DNA from: Nemertoderma westbladi
Taxonomy: Eukaryota > Animalia > Xenacoelomorpha
NCBI GenBank assembly: GCA_032718475.1
Contig: JAUCBJ010000889.1
Span: 1 to 51,296 of the forward strand
DNA: 51,296 nucleotides
Direction of reading: 5' to 3'
In this document: positions 12,601-27,537 of the stretch, one piece after another
How positions within the stretch are numbered: position 1 is the first letter of the stretch
How the letters are laid out: every line of letters starts with the position of its first letter
Program-made: the position numbers and the translations under genes
The notes under the pieces: generated by a model
What the model was told of the DNA's origin: nothing
The model's input: the letters and a program-made list of their open reading frames with translations, nothing else
Database searches by the model: none

Positions 12601-15600
12601 TTCTCTTACACCGTCTCTCACACCCTCCACAGATCCCCCATACTTCCCACTCCGACTCCCACACCCTCCACGGTTCCTCCTGTACGTCCCACTCCGTTTC
12701 CCACACCGTCCACAGATCCTCCTGTACTTGCCACTCCGTCTCCCACACCCGCCACAGATCCCCCAATACCTCCCACTCCGTCTCCCACACCCTACACAGA
12801 TCCCCCCATACTTCCCACTCCGACTCCCACACCCTCCACGGTTCCTCCTGTACGTCCCACTCCGTTTCCCACACCGTCCACAGATCCCCACATACCTCCC
12901 ACTCCGTCTCCCACACCCGCCACAGATCCCCCAATACCTCCCACTCCGTCTCCCACACCCTACACAGATCCCCCCATACTTCCCACTCCGCCTACCACAC
13001 CCTCCACAGATCCTCCTGTTCTTCCCACTCCGTCTCCCCACACCCGCCACAGATCCCCCGTACCTCCCACTCCATCTCCAACACCCTCCACAGATCCCCG
13101 CCTACCTCCCACTCCGTCTGCTACACCCTCCACAGATCCCCACATATCTCCCACTCTGTCTCCCACACCCTCCACAGATCCCCCCATACTTCGCACTCCG
13201 CCTACCACACCCTCCACAGATCCTCCTGTTCTTCCCACTCCGTCTCCCCACGCCCACCACAGATCCCCCGTACCTCCCACTCCATCTCCTACAACCTCCA
13301 CAGATCATCCTGTACCTCCCACTCCGTCTCCTACACCCTCCACAGATCCCCCCATACCTCCCACTCCGTATCCTACACCCTCTTCAGATCCCCCCATACC
13401 TCCCACTCCCGTCTCCTACACCATCCAAAGATCCCCACTTCCCACTCCGCCTCCCACACCCTCCAAAGATCACCCTGTACTTCCCACTCCGTCTCCCACA
13501 CCGTCCACAGATCCTCCTGTACTTTCCACTCCGCCTCCCACACCCTCCACAGATCCTCCTGTACTTCCCACTCCGTCTCCCACACCTTCCACAGATCCTC
13601 CTGTTCTTCCAACACCGTCTCTCACACCCTCCACAGATCCTCCTGTACTTCGCACTCCATCTCCCACACCCTCCACAGATCCTCCTGTACTTCCCACTCC
13701 GTCTCCCACACCGTCCACAGATCCTCCTGTTCTTCCAACACCGTCTCTCACACCCTCTACAGATCCTGTACTTCCCACTCCGTCTCCCACACCTTCCGCA
13801 GATCCTCCTGTACTTCCCACTCCGTCTCACATACCCCCCACAGATCCTCCTGTACTTCCCACTCCGTCTTCCACACCTTCCACAGATCCTCCTGTACTTC
13901 CCACTCCGTCTCCTACACCCTCCACAGATCCTCCTGTACTTCCCACTCCGTCTCCCACACCCTCCACCGATCCCTCCATACCTCCAACTCCGCCTCCTAC
14001 ACCCTCCACATATCCCCCATACTTCCCACTTCGCCTCCCACACCCTCCACAGATCCTCCTGTACTTCCCACTCCGTCTCCTACACCCTCCTGTACTTCCA
14101 ACACCGTTTCTCACACCCTCCACAGATCCCCCATACTTCCCACTCCGCCTCCCACACCGTCCACAGATTCTACTGTACGTCCCACTCCGTTTCCCATACC
14201 GTCCACAGATCCTCCTGTACTTCGCACTCCGTCTCCCACACTCGGCACAGATGCCCCAATACATCGCACTCCGTCTCCCACACCCGCCACTGATCCCCCA
14301 ATACCTCCCACTTCTTCTCCCACACCCTCCACAGATCCCCCATACTTACCACTCCGCCTACCACACCCTCCACATATCCTCCTGTACTTCCCACTCCGTC
14401 TCCCTCACCGTCCACAGATCCTCCTGTACTTCCCACTCCGTCTCCACACACCCGCCACAGATCCCCCCCATACCTCCTACTCCGTCTCCTACACCCTCTA
14501 CAGATCCCCCCATACTTCCCACTTCGCCTCTCACACCCTCCACAGATCCTCATGTACTTCCCACTCCGTCACCTACACCCTCCACAGATCCTCCTGTACT
14601 TCACACTCCGTCTCCCACACCCTCCACAGATCCCCCCATACCTTCCACTCCGTCTCCCACACCCTCCACAGATCCTCCCGTACTTCCAACACAGTCTCCC
14701 ACACCTTCCACAGATCATCCTGTACATCCCACTCCGTCTCCTACACCCTCCACGGATCACTACATACCTCCCACTCCGTCTCCTACACCCTCCAAAGATC
14801 CCCCCATACTTCCCAATTCGCCTCCCACACCCTCCACAGATCCTCCTGTACTTCCCACTCCGTCTCCCACACCATCCACAGATCATCCTGTACTTCCCAC
14901 TCCGTCTCCCACACCGTCCACAGATCCTCCAGTACTTCCCACTCCATCTCCCACACCCCCCACAGATCCCCTCATACCTCCCACTCCGTCTCCCACACCC
15001 TCCACAGATCCTCCCGTACTTCCAACACTGTCTCTCACACCCTCTACAGATCCTCCTGTATTTCCCACTCCGTCTCCCACACCCTCCACGGATCACTACA
15101 TACCTCCCACTCCGTCTCCTACACCCTCCAAAGATCCCCCCAACTTCCCAATTCGCCTCCCACACCCTCCACAGATCCCCCTGTACTTCCCACTCCGTCT
15201 CCCACACCCTCTAAAGATCCTCCTGCACTTCCCACTCCGTCTCCCACACCGTCCACAGATCCTCCTGTACTTCGCACTCCGTCTCCCACACCCGCCACAG
15301 ATCCCCCCATACATCCCACTCCGTCTCCCACACCCGCCACTGATCCCCCAATACCTCCCACTCCTTCTCCCACACCCTCCAAAGATCCCCCCATACTTCC
15401 CACTCCGCCTCCCACATCCTCCACAGATCCTCCTGTACGTCCCACTCCGTTTCCCACACCGTCCACAGATCCTCCTGTACTTCGCACTCCGTCTCCCACA
15501 CCCACCACAGATTCCCCCATACATCCCACTACGTGTCCCACACCCGCCACAGATCCCCCCATACTTCCCACTCCTTCTCCCACACCCTCCAAAGATCCCC

Positions 15601-18600
15601 CCATACTTCCCACTCCGCCTACCACACCCTCCACAGATCCTCCTGTACTTCCCACTCCGTCTCCTACACCCTTCACAGATCCCCCCATACCTCCCACTCC
15701 GTCTCCTACACCCTCTACAGATCCCCCCATACCTCCCACTTCGCCTCCCACACCCTCCACAGATCCTCATGTACTTCCCACTCCGTCTCCCATACCCACC
15801 ACAGATCCTCCTGTACTTCCCACTCCGTCTCCCACACCTTCCACATATCCTCCTGTACTTCCCACTCCGTCTCCAACACCCTCCACAGATCATCCTGTAC
15901 TTCCCACTCCGTCTCCCACACCCTCCACAGATCCCCCCATATCTCCCACTCCGTCTCCTACACCCTCCACAGACCCCCCCCCCCGCACTTCCCACTTCGC
16001 CTCTCACACCCTCCACAGATCCTCATGTACTTCCCACTCCGTCTCCCACACCATCCACAGATCCTCCTGTAATTCACACTCCGTCTCCTACACCCTCCAC
16101 AGATCCTCCTGTACTTCCCACTCAGTCTCCTACACCCTCCACAGATCCTCCTGTACTTCCCACTCCGTCTCCCACACCCTCCACCGATCCCTCCATACCT
16201 CCAACTCCGCCTCCTACACCCTCCACATATCCCCCATACTTCCCACTTCGCCTCCCACACCCTCCACAGATCCTCCTGTACTTCCCACTCCGTCTCCTAC
16301 ACCCTCCTGTACTTCCAACACCGTTTCTCACACCCTCCACAGATCCCCCATACTTCCCAATCCGCCTCCCACACCGTCCACAAATTCTCCTGTACGTCCC
16401 ACTCCGTTTCCCACACCGTCCACAGATCCTCCTGTACTTCGTACTCCGTCTCCCACACTCGGCACAGATGCCCCAATACATCGCACTCCGTCTCCCACAC
16501 CCGCCACTGATCCCCCAATACCTCCCACTCCGTCTCCCACACCCTCCACAGATCCCCCATACTTACCACTCCGCCTACCACACCCTCCACATATCCTCCT
16601 GTACTTCCCACTCCGTCTCCCTCACCGTCCACAGATCCTCCTGTACTTCCCACTCCGTCTCCACACACCCGCCACAGATCCCCCCCATACCTCCCACTCC
16701 GTCTCCGACACCCTCCACAGATCCCCCCATACCTCCCACTCCGTCTCCTACACCCTCTACAGATCCCCCCATACTTCCCACTTCGCCTCTCACACCCTCC
16801 ACAGATCCTCATGTACTTCCCACTCCGTCACCCACACCCTCCACAGATCCTCCTGTACTTCACACTCCGTCTCCCACACCCTCCACAGATCCCCCCATAC
16901 CTCCCACTCCGTCTCCCACACCCTCCACAGATCCTCCCGTACTTCCAACACAGTCTCCCACACCTTCCACAGATCATCCTGTACATCCCACTCCGTCTCC
17001 TACACCCTCCACGGATCACTACATACCTCCCACTCCGTCTCCTACACCCTCCAAAGATCCCCCCATACTTCCCAATTCGCCTCCCACACCCTCCACAGAT
17101 CCTCCTGTACTTCCCACTCCGTCTCCCACACCATCCACAGATCATCCTGTACTTCCCACTCCGTCTCCCACACCGTCCACAGATCCTCCAGTACTTCCCA
17201 CTCCATCTCCCACACCCCCCACAGATCCCCTCATACCTCCCACTCCGTCTCCCACACCCTCCACAGATCCTCCCGTACTTCCAACACTGTCTCTCACACC
17301 CTCCACAGATCCTCATGTACTTCCCACTCCGTCACCCACACCCTCCACAGATCCTCCTGTACTTCACACTCCGTCTCCCACACCCTCCACAGATCCCCCC
17401 ATACCTCCCACTCCGTCTCCCACACCCTCCACAGATCCTCCCGTACTTCCAACACAGTCTCCCACACCTTCCACAGATCATCCTGTACTTCCCACTCCGT
17501 CTCCCATACCCACCACAGATCCTCCTGTACTTCCCACCCCGTCTCCCACACCTTCCACATATCCTCCTGTACTTCCCACTCCGTCTCCAACACCCTCCAC
17601 AGATCATCCTGTACTTCCCACTCCGTCTCCCACACCCTCCACAGATCCCCCCATATCTCCCACTCCGTCTCCTACACCCTCCACAGACCCCCCCCCCCCG
17701 CACTTCCCACTTCGCCTCTCACACCCTCCACAGATCCTCATGTACTTCCCACTCCGTCTCCCACACCATCCACAGATCCTCCTGTAATTCACACTCCGTC
17801 TCCTACACCCTCCACAGATCCTCCTGTACTTCCCACTCAGTCTCCTACACCCTCCACAGATCCTCCTGTACTTCCCACTCCGTCTCCCACACCCTCCACC
17901 GATCCCTCCATACCTCCAACTCCGCCTCCTACACCCTCCACATATCCCCCATACTTCCCACTTCGCCTCCCACACCCTCCACAGATCCTCCTGTACTTCC
18001 AACTCCGTCTCCTACACCCTCCTGTACTTCCAACACCGTTTCTCACACCCTCCACAGATCCCCCATACTTCCCAATCCGCCTCCCACACCGTCCACAGAT
18101 TCTCCTGTACGTCCCACTCCGTTTCCCACACCGTCCACAGATCCTCCTGTACTTCGCACTCCGTCTCCCACACTCGGCACAGATGCCCCAATACATCGCA
18201 CTCCGTCTCCCACACCCGCCACTGATCCCCCAATACCTCCCACTCCGTCTCCCACACCCTCCACAGATCCCCCATACTTACCACTCCGCCTACCACACCC
18301 TCCACATATCCTCCTGTACTTCCCACTCCGTCTCCCTCACCGTCCACAGATCCTCCTGTACTTCCCACTCCGTCTCCACACACCCGCCACAGATCCCCCC
18401 CATACCTCCCACTCCGTCTCCGACACCCTCCACAGATCCCCCCATACCTCCCACTCCGTCTCCTACACCCTCTACAGATCCCCCCATACTTCCCACTCCG
18501 TCTCCCACACCATCTACAGATCATCCTGTACTTCCCACTCCGTCTCCCACACCGTCCACAGATCCTCCAGTACTTCCCACTCCATCTCCCACACCCCCCA

Positions 18601-21600
18601 CAGATCCCCTCATACCTCCCACTCCGTCTCCCACACCCTCCACAGATCCTCCCGTACTTCCAACACTGTCTCTCACACCCTCTACAGATCCTCCTGTATT
18701 TCCCACTCCGTCTCCCACACCCTCTACGGATCACTACATACCTCCCACTCCGTCTCCTACACCCTCCAAAGATCCCCCATACTTCCCAATTCGCCTCCCA
18801 CACCCTCCACAGATCCTCCTGTACTTCCCACTCCGTCTCCCACACCCTCTAAAGATCCTCCTGCACTTCCCTCTCCGTCTCCCACACCGTCCACAGATCC
18901 ACCTGTACTTCGCACTCCGTCTCCCACACTCGCCACAGATCCCCCCATACATCCCACTCCGTCTCCCACACCATCCACAGATCCTCCTGTACTTCCCACT
19001 CCGTCTCCCACACCGTCCACAGATCCTCCTGTACTTCGCACTCCGTCTCCCACACCCGCCACAGATCCCCCCATACATCCCACTCCGTCTCCCACACCCG
19101 CCATTGATCCCCCAATACCTCCCACTCCTTCTCCCACACCCTCCAAAGATCCCCCCATACTTCCCACTCCGCCTCCCACATCCTCCACAGATCCTCCTGT
19201 ACGTCCCACTCTGTTTCCCACACCGTCCACAGATCCTCCTGTACTTCGCACTCCGTCTCCCACACCCGCCACAGATCCCCCCATACTTCCCACTCCGCCT
19301 CCCACATCCTCCACAGATCCTCCTGTACGTCCCACTCTGTTTCCCACACCGTCCACAGATCCTCCTGTACTTCGCACTCCGTCTCCCACACCCGCCACAG
19401 ATCCCCCCATACTTCCCACTTCGCCTCCCACACCCTCCACAGATCATCCTGTTCTTCCCACTCCGTCTCCCACACCCTCCACAGATCCTCCTGAATTTCC
19501 CACTCCGTCTCCCACACCCTCCACGCATCACCACATACCTTCCAATCCGCCTCCTACACCTTCCACAGATCCCCCCATACTTCCCACTTCGCCTACCACA
19601 CCCTCCACAGATCCTCCTGTACTTCCCACTCCGTCTCCTACACCCTCCACAGATCCCCCCATACCTCCCACTCCGTCTCCTACACCCTCTACAGATCCCC
19701 CCATACCTCCCACTTCGCCTCCCACACCCTCCACACATCCTCATGTACTTCCCACTCCGTCTCCCATACCCACCACAGATCCTCCTGTACTCCCCACTCC
19801 GTCTCCCACACCTTCCACATATCCTCCTGTACTTCCCACTCCGTCTCCAACACCCTCCACAGATCATCCTGTACTTCCCACTCCGTCTCCCACACCCTCC
19901 ACAGATCCCCCCATACCTCCCACTCCGTATCCTACACCCTCCTCAGACCCCCCCCCCCATACTTCCCACTTCGCCTCTCACACCCTCCACAGATCCTCAT
20001 GTACTTCCCACTCCGTCTCCCACACCATCCACAGATCCTCCTGTAATTCACACTCCGTCTCCTACACCCTCCACAGATCCTCCTGTACTTCCCACTCCGT
20101 CTCCCACACCCTCCACGGATCCCCACATACCTCCCACTCCGTCTCCTACACCCTCCACAGATCCCCCCATACTTCCCACTTCGCCTCCCACACCATCCAC
20201 AGATCCTCCTGTACTTCCCACTCCGTCTCCCACACCCTCCACAGATCCCCCCATACCTCCCACACCGTCTCCCACACCCTCCACAGATCCTCCCGTACTT
20301 CCAACACTGTCTCTCATACCCTCCACTGATCCTCCTGTACTTCCCACTCTGTCTCCCACACCCTCCACAGATCCTCCTGTACTTCCCACTCCGTCTCCTA
20401 CACCCTCCACAGATCCTCATGTATTTCCCACTCCGTCTCCCACACCCTCCACGTATCCCCACATACCTCCCACTCCGTCTCCTACACCCTTCTCAGATCC
20501 CTCCATACTTTCCACTTCGCCTCCCACACCATCCACAGATCCTCCTATACTTCCCACTCCGTCTCCCACACCGCCCACAGATCCTCCTGTACTTTCCACT
20601 CCGTCTCCCACACCCTCCACAGATCCCCCCATACCTCCCACACCGTCTCCCACACCCTCCACAGATTCTCCCGTACTTCCTATTCCGTCTCCCACACCGC
20701 CCACAGATCCTCCTGTACTTTCCACTCCGCCTCCCACACCCTCCACAGATCATCCTGTACTTCCCACTCCGCCTCCCACACCTTCCACAGATCCTCCTGT
20801 TCTTCCAACACCGTCTCTCACACCCTTCATAGATCCTCCTGTACTTCCCACTCCGTCTCCCACACCCTCCACAGATCCTCCTGTACTTCCCACTCCGTCT
20901 CCCACACCGTCCACAGATCCTGGTTCTTCCAACACCGTCTCTCACACCATCCACAGATCCTGTACTTCCCACTCCGTCTCCAACACCTTCCGCAGATCGT
21001 TCTGTACTTCCCACTCCGTCTCCCATACCCTCCACAGATCCTCCAGTACTTCCCACTCCGTCTCCCACACCTTCCACAGATCCTCCTGTTCTTCCCACTC
21101 CGTCTCCCACACCCTCCACAGATCCTCCTGTATTTCCCACTCCGTCTCCCACACCCTCCACGGATCACCACATACCTTCCACTCCGTCTCCTACACCCTC
21201 CAAAGATCCCCCCATACTTCCCACTCCGTCTCCCACACCCTCCACAGATCCTCCTGTACTTCCCACTCCGTCTCCGACACCGTCCACAGATCCTGGTTCT
21301 TCCAACACCGTCTCTCACACCCTCCACAGATCCTGTACTTCCCACTCCGTCTCCCACACCTTCCGCAGATCGCCCCATACTTCCCACTTCGCCTCCCAAA
21401 CCCTCCACAGATCCTCCTGTACTTCCCACTCCGTCTCCCACACCCTCTACAGATCCTCCTGTACTTCCAACTCCGCCTCCTACACCCTCCACAGATCCCC
21501 CCATACTTCCCACTTCGCCTCCCACACCCTCCACAGATCATCCTGTTCTTCCCACTCCGTCTCCCACACCCTCCACAGATCCTCCTGTACTTCCCACTCC

Positions 21601-24421
21601 GTCTCCCACACCCTCCACAGATCCTCCTGTACTTCCCACTCCGTCTCCCACACCCTCCACAGATCATCCTATACTTCCCACTCCGTCTCCCACACCCTCC
21701 ACAGATCCTCTTGTACTTCCCACTCCGTCTCCCACACCGTCCACCGTTCCTCCTGTACCTCCCACACCGTCTCCCACACCTTCCACAGATCCTCCCGTAC
21801 TTCCCACTCCGTCTCCCACACCGTCCACAGATCCTCTTGTACGTTCCACTCCGCCTCCCACACCCTCCACAGATCCTCCTGTACTTCCCACTCCGTCTCC
21901 CACACCCTCCACAGATCCTCCTGTTCTTCCAACTCCGTCTCTCACACCCTCCACCGATCCTCCTGTACTTCCCACTCCGTCTCCCACACCGTCCACCGAT
22001 CCTCCTGTACTTCCCACTCCGTCTCCCACACCGTCCACCGATCCTCCTGTTCTTCCCACTCCGTCTCTCACACCCTCCACAGATCCTCCTGTACTTCCCA
22101 CTCCGTCTCCCACACCGTCCACAGATCCTCCTGTACTTCCCACTCCATCTCCCACACCCTCCACAGATCCCCTCATACCTCCCACTCCGTCTCCCACACC
22201 CTCCACAGATCCTCTCGTACTTCCAACACAGTCTCCCACACCTTCCCCAGATCATCCTGTACTTCCCACTCCGTCTCACAAACCCTCCACGGATCACCAC
22301 ATACATCCCACTCCGTCTCCTACACCCTCCAAAGATCGCCCCTTACTTCCCACTTCGCCTCCCAAACCCTCCACAGATCCTCCTGTACTTCCCACTCCGT
22401 CTCCCACACCCTCCACAGATCCTCCTGTACTTCCCACTCCGTCTCCCACACCGTCCATAGATCCTCCTGTACTTCCCACTCCGTCTCCCACACCCTCCAC
22501 AGATCCCCCCATACCTCCCACACCGTCTCCCACACCCTCCACAGATTCTCCCGTACTTCCTATTCCGTCTCCCACACCGCCCACAGATCCTCCTGTACTT
22601 TCCACTCCGCCTCCCACACCCTCCACAGATCCTCCTGTACTTCCCACTCCGCCTCCCACACCGTCCACAGATCCTCCTGTACTTCCCACTCCATCTCCCA
22701 CACCCTCCACAAATCCCCTCATACCTCCCACTCCGTCTCCCACACCCTCCACAGATCCTCTCGTACTTCCAACACAGTCTCCCACACCTTACCCAGATCA
22801 TCCTGTACTTCCCACTCCGTCTCCCAAACCCTCCACGGATCACCACATACATCCCACTCCGTCTCCTACACCCTCCAAAGATCGCCCCATACTTCCCACT
22901 TCGCCTCCCAAACCCTCCACAGATCCTCCTGTACTTCCCACTCCGTCTCCCACACCCTCTACAGATCCTCCTGTACTTCCCACTCCGTCTCCCACACCCT
23001 CCACAGATCCTCCTGTACTTCCCACTCCGTCTCCCACACCCTCCACAGATCCTCCTGTACTTTCCACTCCGTCTCCCACACCGTCCACGGATCCTCCTGT
23101 ACTTCCCACTCCGACTCCCACACCCTCCACAGATCCTCCTGTACTTCCCACTCCGTCTCCCACACCCTCCACAGATCCTCCCGTACTTCCAACACTGTCT
23201 CTCACACCCTCCACAGATCCTCCTGTACTTCCCACTCCGTCTCCTACACCCTCCTGTACTTCCAACACCGTCTCTCACACCCTCCACAGATCCCCCATGC
23301 TTCCCACTCCGCCTCCCACACCCTCCACAGATCCTCCTGTACGTCCCACTCCGTTTCCACACCGTCCACAGATCCTGCTGTACTTCTCACTCCGTCTCCC
23401 ACACCCGCCACAGATCCCCCCATACATCCCACTCCGTCTCCCACACCCGCCACTGATCCCCCAATACCTCCCACTCCGTCTCCCACACCCTCCTCAGATC
23501 TCCCATACTTCCCACTCCGCCTACCACACCCTCCACAGATCCTCCTGTACTTCCCACTCCGTCTCCCACACCGTCCACAGATCCTCCTGTACTTCCCACT
23601 CCGTCTCCTACACCCTCTACAGATCCCCCCATACCTCCCACTCCGTCTCCTTCACCATCCACAGATCCCCCCATCCCCCCACTCCGCCTCCCACACCCTC
23701 AAACATCCTCCTGTACTTCCCACTCCGTCTCCCACACCATCCACAGATCATCCTGTACTTTCCACTCCGACTCCAACACCCTCCACAGATCATCCTGTAC
23801 TTCCCACTCCGTCTCCCACACCCTCCACAAATCCTCCTGTACTTTCCACTCCGTCTCCCACGCCGTCCACAGATCCTCCTGTTCTTCCAAAACCGTCTCT
23901 CGCACCCTCCACAGATCCTCCTGTACTTCCCACTCCGTCTCCCACACCTTCCACAGATCCTCCTGTACTTCCCACTCCGTCTCTCACACCATCCACAGAT
24001 CCTCCTGTACTTCCCAGTCCGTCTCCCACACCCTCCACAGATCCCCCTGTACTTCCCACTTTGCCTCCCACACCCTCCACAGATCCTCCTGTACTTCCCA
24101 ATCCGTCTCCCACACACTCCACAGATCCCCCCATACTTCCCACTCCGTCTCCCACACCCTCCACACCGCAGATCACCCCATACCTCCCATTCGTCTCCTC
24201 CACCCTCCACAGATCCCCGCATACGTCCCACTCCGTCTCCTACACCCTCCACAGATCCCCCATACCTCCCACTCCGTCTCCTACACCCTCTACAGATCCC
24301 CCCTTACCTCCCACTCCGTCTCCTTCACCATCCACAGATCCCCCCCATCCCCCCACTCCGCCTCCCACACCCTCCAAACATCCTCTTGTACTTCCCACTC
24401 CGTCTCCCACACCATCCACAG
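9611..24421 (+). repeat. 42-bp tandem array, left part; consensus CCACAGATCCTCCTGTACTTCCCACTCCGTCTCCCACACCCT ([14 protein letters not shown]); possible mucin/extensin-like exon
   Basis: ~350 units by length/42. Two sub-variants (cctcctgtactt / cccccc atacct). Kilobase higher-order repeats. Many +/-1 indels in C runs. A 3808-codon stop-free frame spans 11034-22460. Confidence 0.95.
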
Positions 24422-26683
24422 TGTAAGGGTCCAGTAGTATACCGCTTACCAGATCCTAGTAACGATGTATCTTACTATGAGACTCTAGTAATGTATACGG
24501 GCTCGTACAGTATCTGACAACAAATCCCAGTCCAGGATATCTAAACAAACAGATACAGTACACAAACGACTACTGGCGAGGAACAGAGCCTTGTATCTAT
24601 TCTATGTACGTGAGCGGGTCTAATGCCTACGTACTAGACAGAAGGATACCTGTCCTCTAACCGGTGAGGCAGATGTACAGTTACAGTAACAGACCAAACT
24701 CACGGGAAAACAATCCCCGCGCAGCGAATCCTAACTATCACTGACAGTCCTAAATACAGTAACTTGCCGCGGTGTGATTTATATGGTTTATATACGAGCT
24801 AGTGGGTTAACAGACCTAGCGTAACAACACTGACAGTCCTAAATCAGTCGAAAAGGGGTCGTGCCTAAATGTAACAATAACTGATCCCCCTGTACGAAAT
24901 CAGTCTAAAGGGTCAGGCCTAAATGTAACAATACCGTTGTCCAGACAAACAACAGTTTAATAACGAAAGTGAAATACTCCTTATCGCCGCAACTAAATCA
25001 GATCCTAATTTTACAAATACAGACAATTTCCACCTAAAGTAATGTATAGTACGCTATAGCTAGTAGAACTTTAAGGGCGATATGTTTTAGGGCGTGTGTG
25101 TGTGGGTGTGTTACAAATAAAACAATTTCGTGTAATTCCTTTTACTAGGTTTTAGTGATTTTCTGACTAAGTGATACCGTGCGCTAGCTACTAAAATAAA
25201 CTAGTCGCGTTTGTAGAACTTTATACTCACGAATGACGTCAAAGCTCTCTCCTTCCTATCCACAACCCAATGGGCAACCACAGTGTTAGTAACTACACCC
25301 GTGATCGGCACTAATACCAGATTCTGGTTGTAAGATAAGAATAGGGGTTAATCGCTACCGTACGTTAGCTGATCTGGTATACTAATTTAATTCTAGAACT
25401 TTGTTGCTGCGGTAGTTAGCAGCAATACCTATCAGTACGTGGCAAGGCGCGGTAGGATATTAATAAACCTCCCTAGGCCAAGCAGTGTGCCGGTAGCAGA
25501 AATACTCCTTGCCTGATCAAATAGCTAACTCCAGACAGGGGGGGGGGGGGGGGGGGGTACTAATGTACGTTCTACAAAGCGAACCGGTACCAAACAGTCA
25601 GTGCTACGAATCACTAAATTATGGAACATATGCTGTCCGTACCTAATATGTACTCGCGTACTGACGAATGGCAATAGTTCGCACCTGTAGGAAGTACAGG
25701 GATTCGTAGGACTGACAAAGGGGGGGTTGTCTGGATATAATTATTTGATCCTAAATTTGCGGCGTCCAGTACGGTGTCACGCTTACCCTGATCTATAGGT
25801 CTTACGGCGGGCAAGGGCGTCGAACAAAGTCTTACCTTTCTCACAAAGCGGGCGCTGCATAGCAAGTTGAGCATTTCGAAGGGGCAAAGGGGGTGCGCGG
25901 TCAATCCAATGTGGGCGCTAGCGTGTTGTGGACATCCCTTCCCTGCGTTGCTTACGGCCTAACAATCTAGGCTGCCATCTCCCTGGTGTTCGGCTGTCCC
26001 GAAGTCGGACCAAAAGAAAACATGTCAGGAAATTGCAGTATATTTACAGTTTTACAAAAGGATTTATCAAATAAAGTTTCAACAAGAAACCGAATTAACT
26101 AATTTTACAAGAATAAACTATAATAATATCAGGTATTAACGTGATAAGGTGGAGTGATAACCGAAGGCAAAACGGCCTTTTTATACTAGAAATTGCACAT
26201 GGAAACTAAACAGAATTTTCCACAGCTTCACCATTGAGCAATGAAGTGCTTCGTGCTCTATGATTGGCCCAGCTCATCGTTCAACGCAGTCCGGCCCTTA
26301 CACTAATCTGGGACATGGAATCCTAACAGAATTTTCCACTGCCGCACATTTGAGCAATAAGATAATTTATGCCCTATGATTGGCCTGGCTCATCATTCGC
26401 TACGCTGTACGCTTCTCATTGGCCTACCAATTAGCACCACACGAAAATAAATGGCCCCAAAATACAAATTTCCCGACTGGGATTCGAACTCGTAACCTAC
26501 GTAATGTAACCAACGCCTTAACCATCTGACCACTACGCCACGAGAGTACCTAAGGGTTTTATGTGTACAAATATGAATAGGCATATTACATTACTGTAAC
26601 TTAATCAAAATACGTCGGATTTTCAAAGTTTTTACGTTAAAGTTAAACTACTAAATGCTATCTTATAGTGAAATAATTCATCA
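24422..26683 (-). repeat. 3' LTR (2262 bp)
   Basis: + strand TGTAAGGG...TTCATCA; direct repeat of 38272-40540. Confidence 0.97.
26470..26540 (-). promoter_or_regulatory. tRNA-derived (SINE-head-like) A/B-box module in U3 of the 3' LTR
   Basis: - strand GTGGTCAGATGGTTAAGGCG (A box/D arm) ... GAGTTCGAATCCC (B box). Anticodon and acceptor stems are not intact. Confidence 0.6.
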
Positions 26684-27138
26684 CCGCTCCATGAAAACAG
26701 TAAGTAAGACTGTTTTCACCAATCGAAATATAAAATATTTACAAACTATTTCTAAATTTACTGGTAGGGCCTAAAATATAAAATATAATCACTATCTAAT
26801 TATTGCATACTTAATATTGCAGATACGGCGTAAATACAATCGATCGTACATACAAATACAAATTTACGAATTAACTTCAGTGCCTAAAATACAAAAAAAG
26901 GCTTTCGGTTATCAAGGTAAGCAAATTAAACAAATCAGAACAAATAAATCAAACAAATCGAACAAATAAATCAAACTCTTTCGATAAATCTTTATATATT
27001 GTAAATATACATAATAAACCTTCACCAAATTAAATCAGTTCAAATATAATATAAACATAATGCGCTAATAACTTTCAATAGTGTCCTCCTGACGATCTAA
27101 TAGTTCGTCCTGCTGGTCTGGATATCTTCTCCTGAGCA

Positions 27139-27537
27139 CTAATTGCTAACGGTAGGCTCGCAAGCCTTCCTTTCCATATCTCGTCCTTCCAAACCCAACG
27201 TCCGATATAAATACCCAAATATAATATCCAAATATAAAATATCCAATATAAATATCCAATATAACATCCAAATATAATATCTGAATATAATATCCTTTCT
27301 TCTCGCTTTCCTATTCCTTGGCCGACCGGGCTCGTCCACGTCCTCTAATACGATTGGGTGGTGGTCGAGGTCGAACTGGGCTCGGACTTCGGCGTCGAGT
27401 TGTCGGTGGTTCCAAAACGCTAGGAAAGGGGACGACGGGAGATGAAACGACCGCCTTCTTGGTAACGCAGACTTTGGTGGTTTGGGCAACGCGCTAATAT
27501 CAGCTCGGGGTTCTCGCAAACGTCGCTGGCGTCGCAT
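27139..27537 (-). CDS. Putative accessory ORF B, Arg-rich (132 aa; C-terminus runs into AT-rich short repeats)
   Basis: MRRQRRLREPR, PRRRSF and GRPRNRKARRK clusters; lies in a GC-richer island within an AT-rich 3' region. No homology recognised. Confidence 0.35.
   Translation of the reverse strand: MRRQRRLREPRADISALPKPPKSALPRRRSFHLPSSPFLAFWNHRQLDAEVRAQFDLDHHPIVLEDVDEPGRPRNRKARRKDIIFRYYIWMLYWIFILDILYLDIIFGYLYRTLGLEGRDMERKACEPTVSN

Noticed and set aside
26470-26540. Functional tRNA gene
   Set aside because: A and B boxes are present, but I could not fold an acceptor stem or anticodon arm.
25614-26584. ORFs within the LTR (96 aa, 63 aa, and their copies at 39375-39761 and 40250-40441)
   Set aside because: No recognisable motifs, and the 10-bp indel between LTRs changes the frame of the longer one.
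27190-27295. Env-like transmembrane segment (IIFRYYIWMLYWIFILDILYLDIIFGYLY)
   Set aside because: It derives from a ~13-bp AT-rich repeat (atccaaatataat). There is no signal peptide or ectodomain, and the ORF is far too short for Env.
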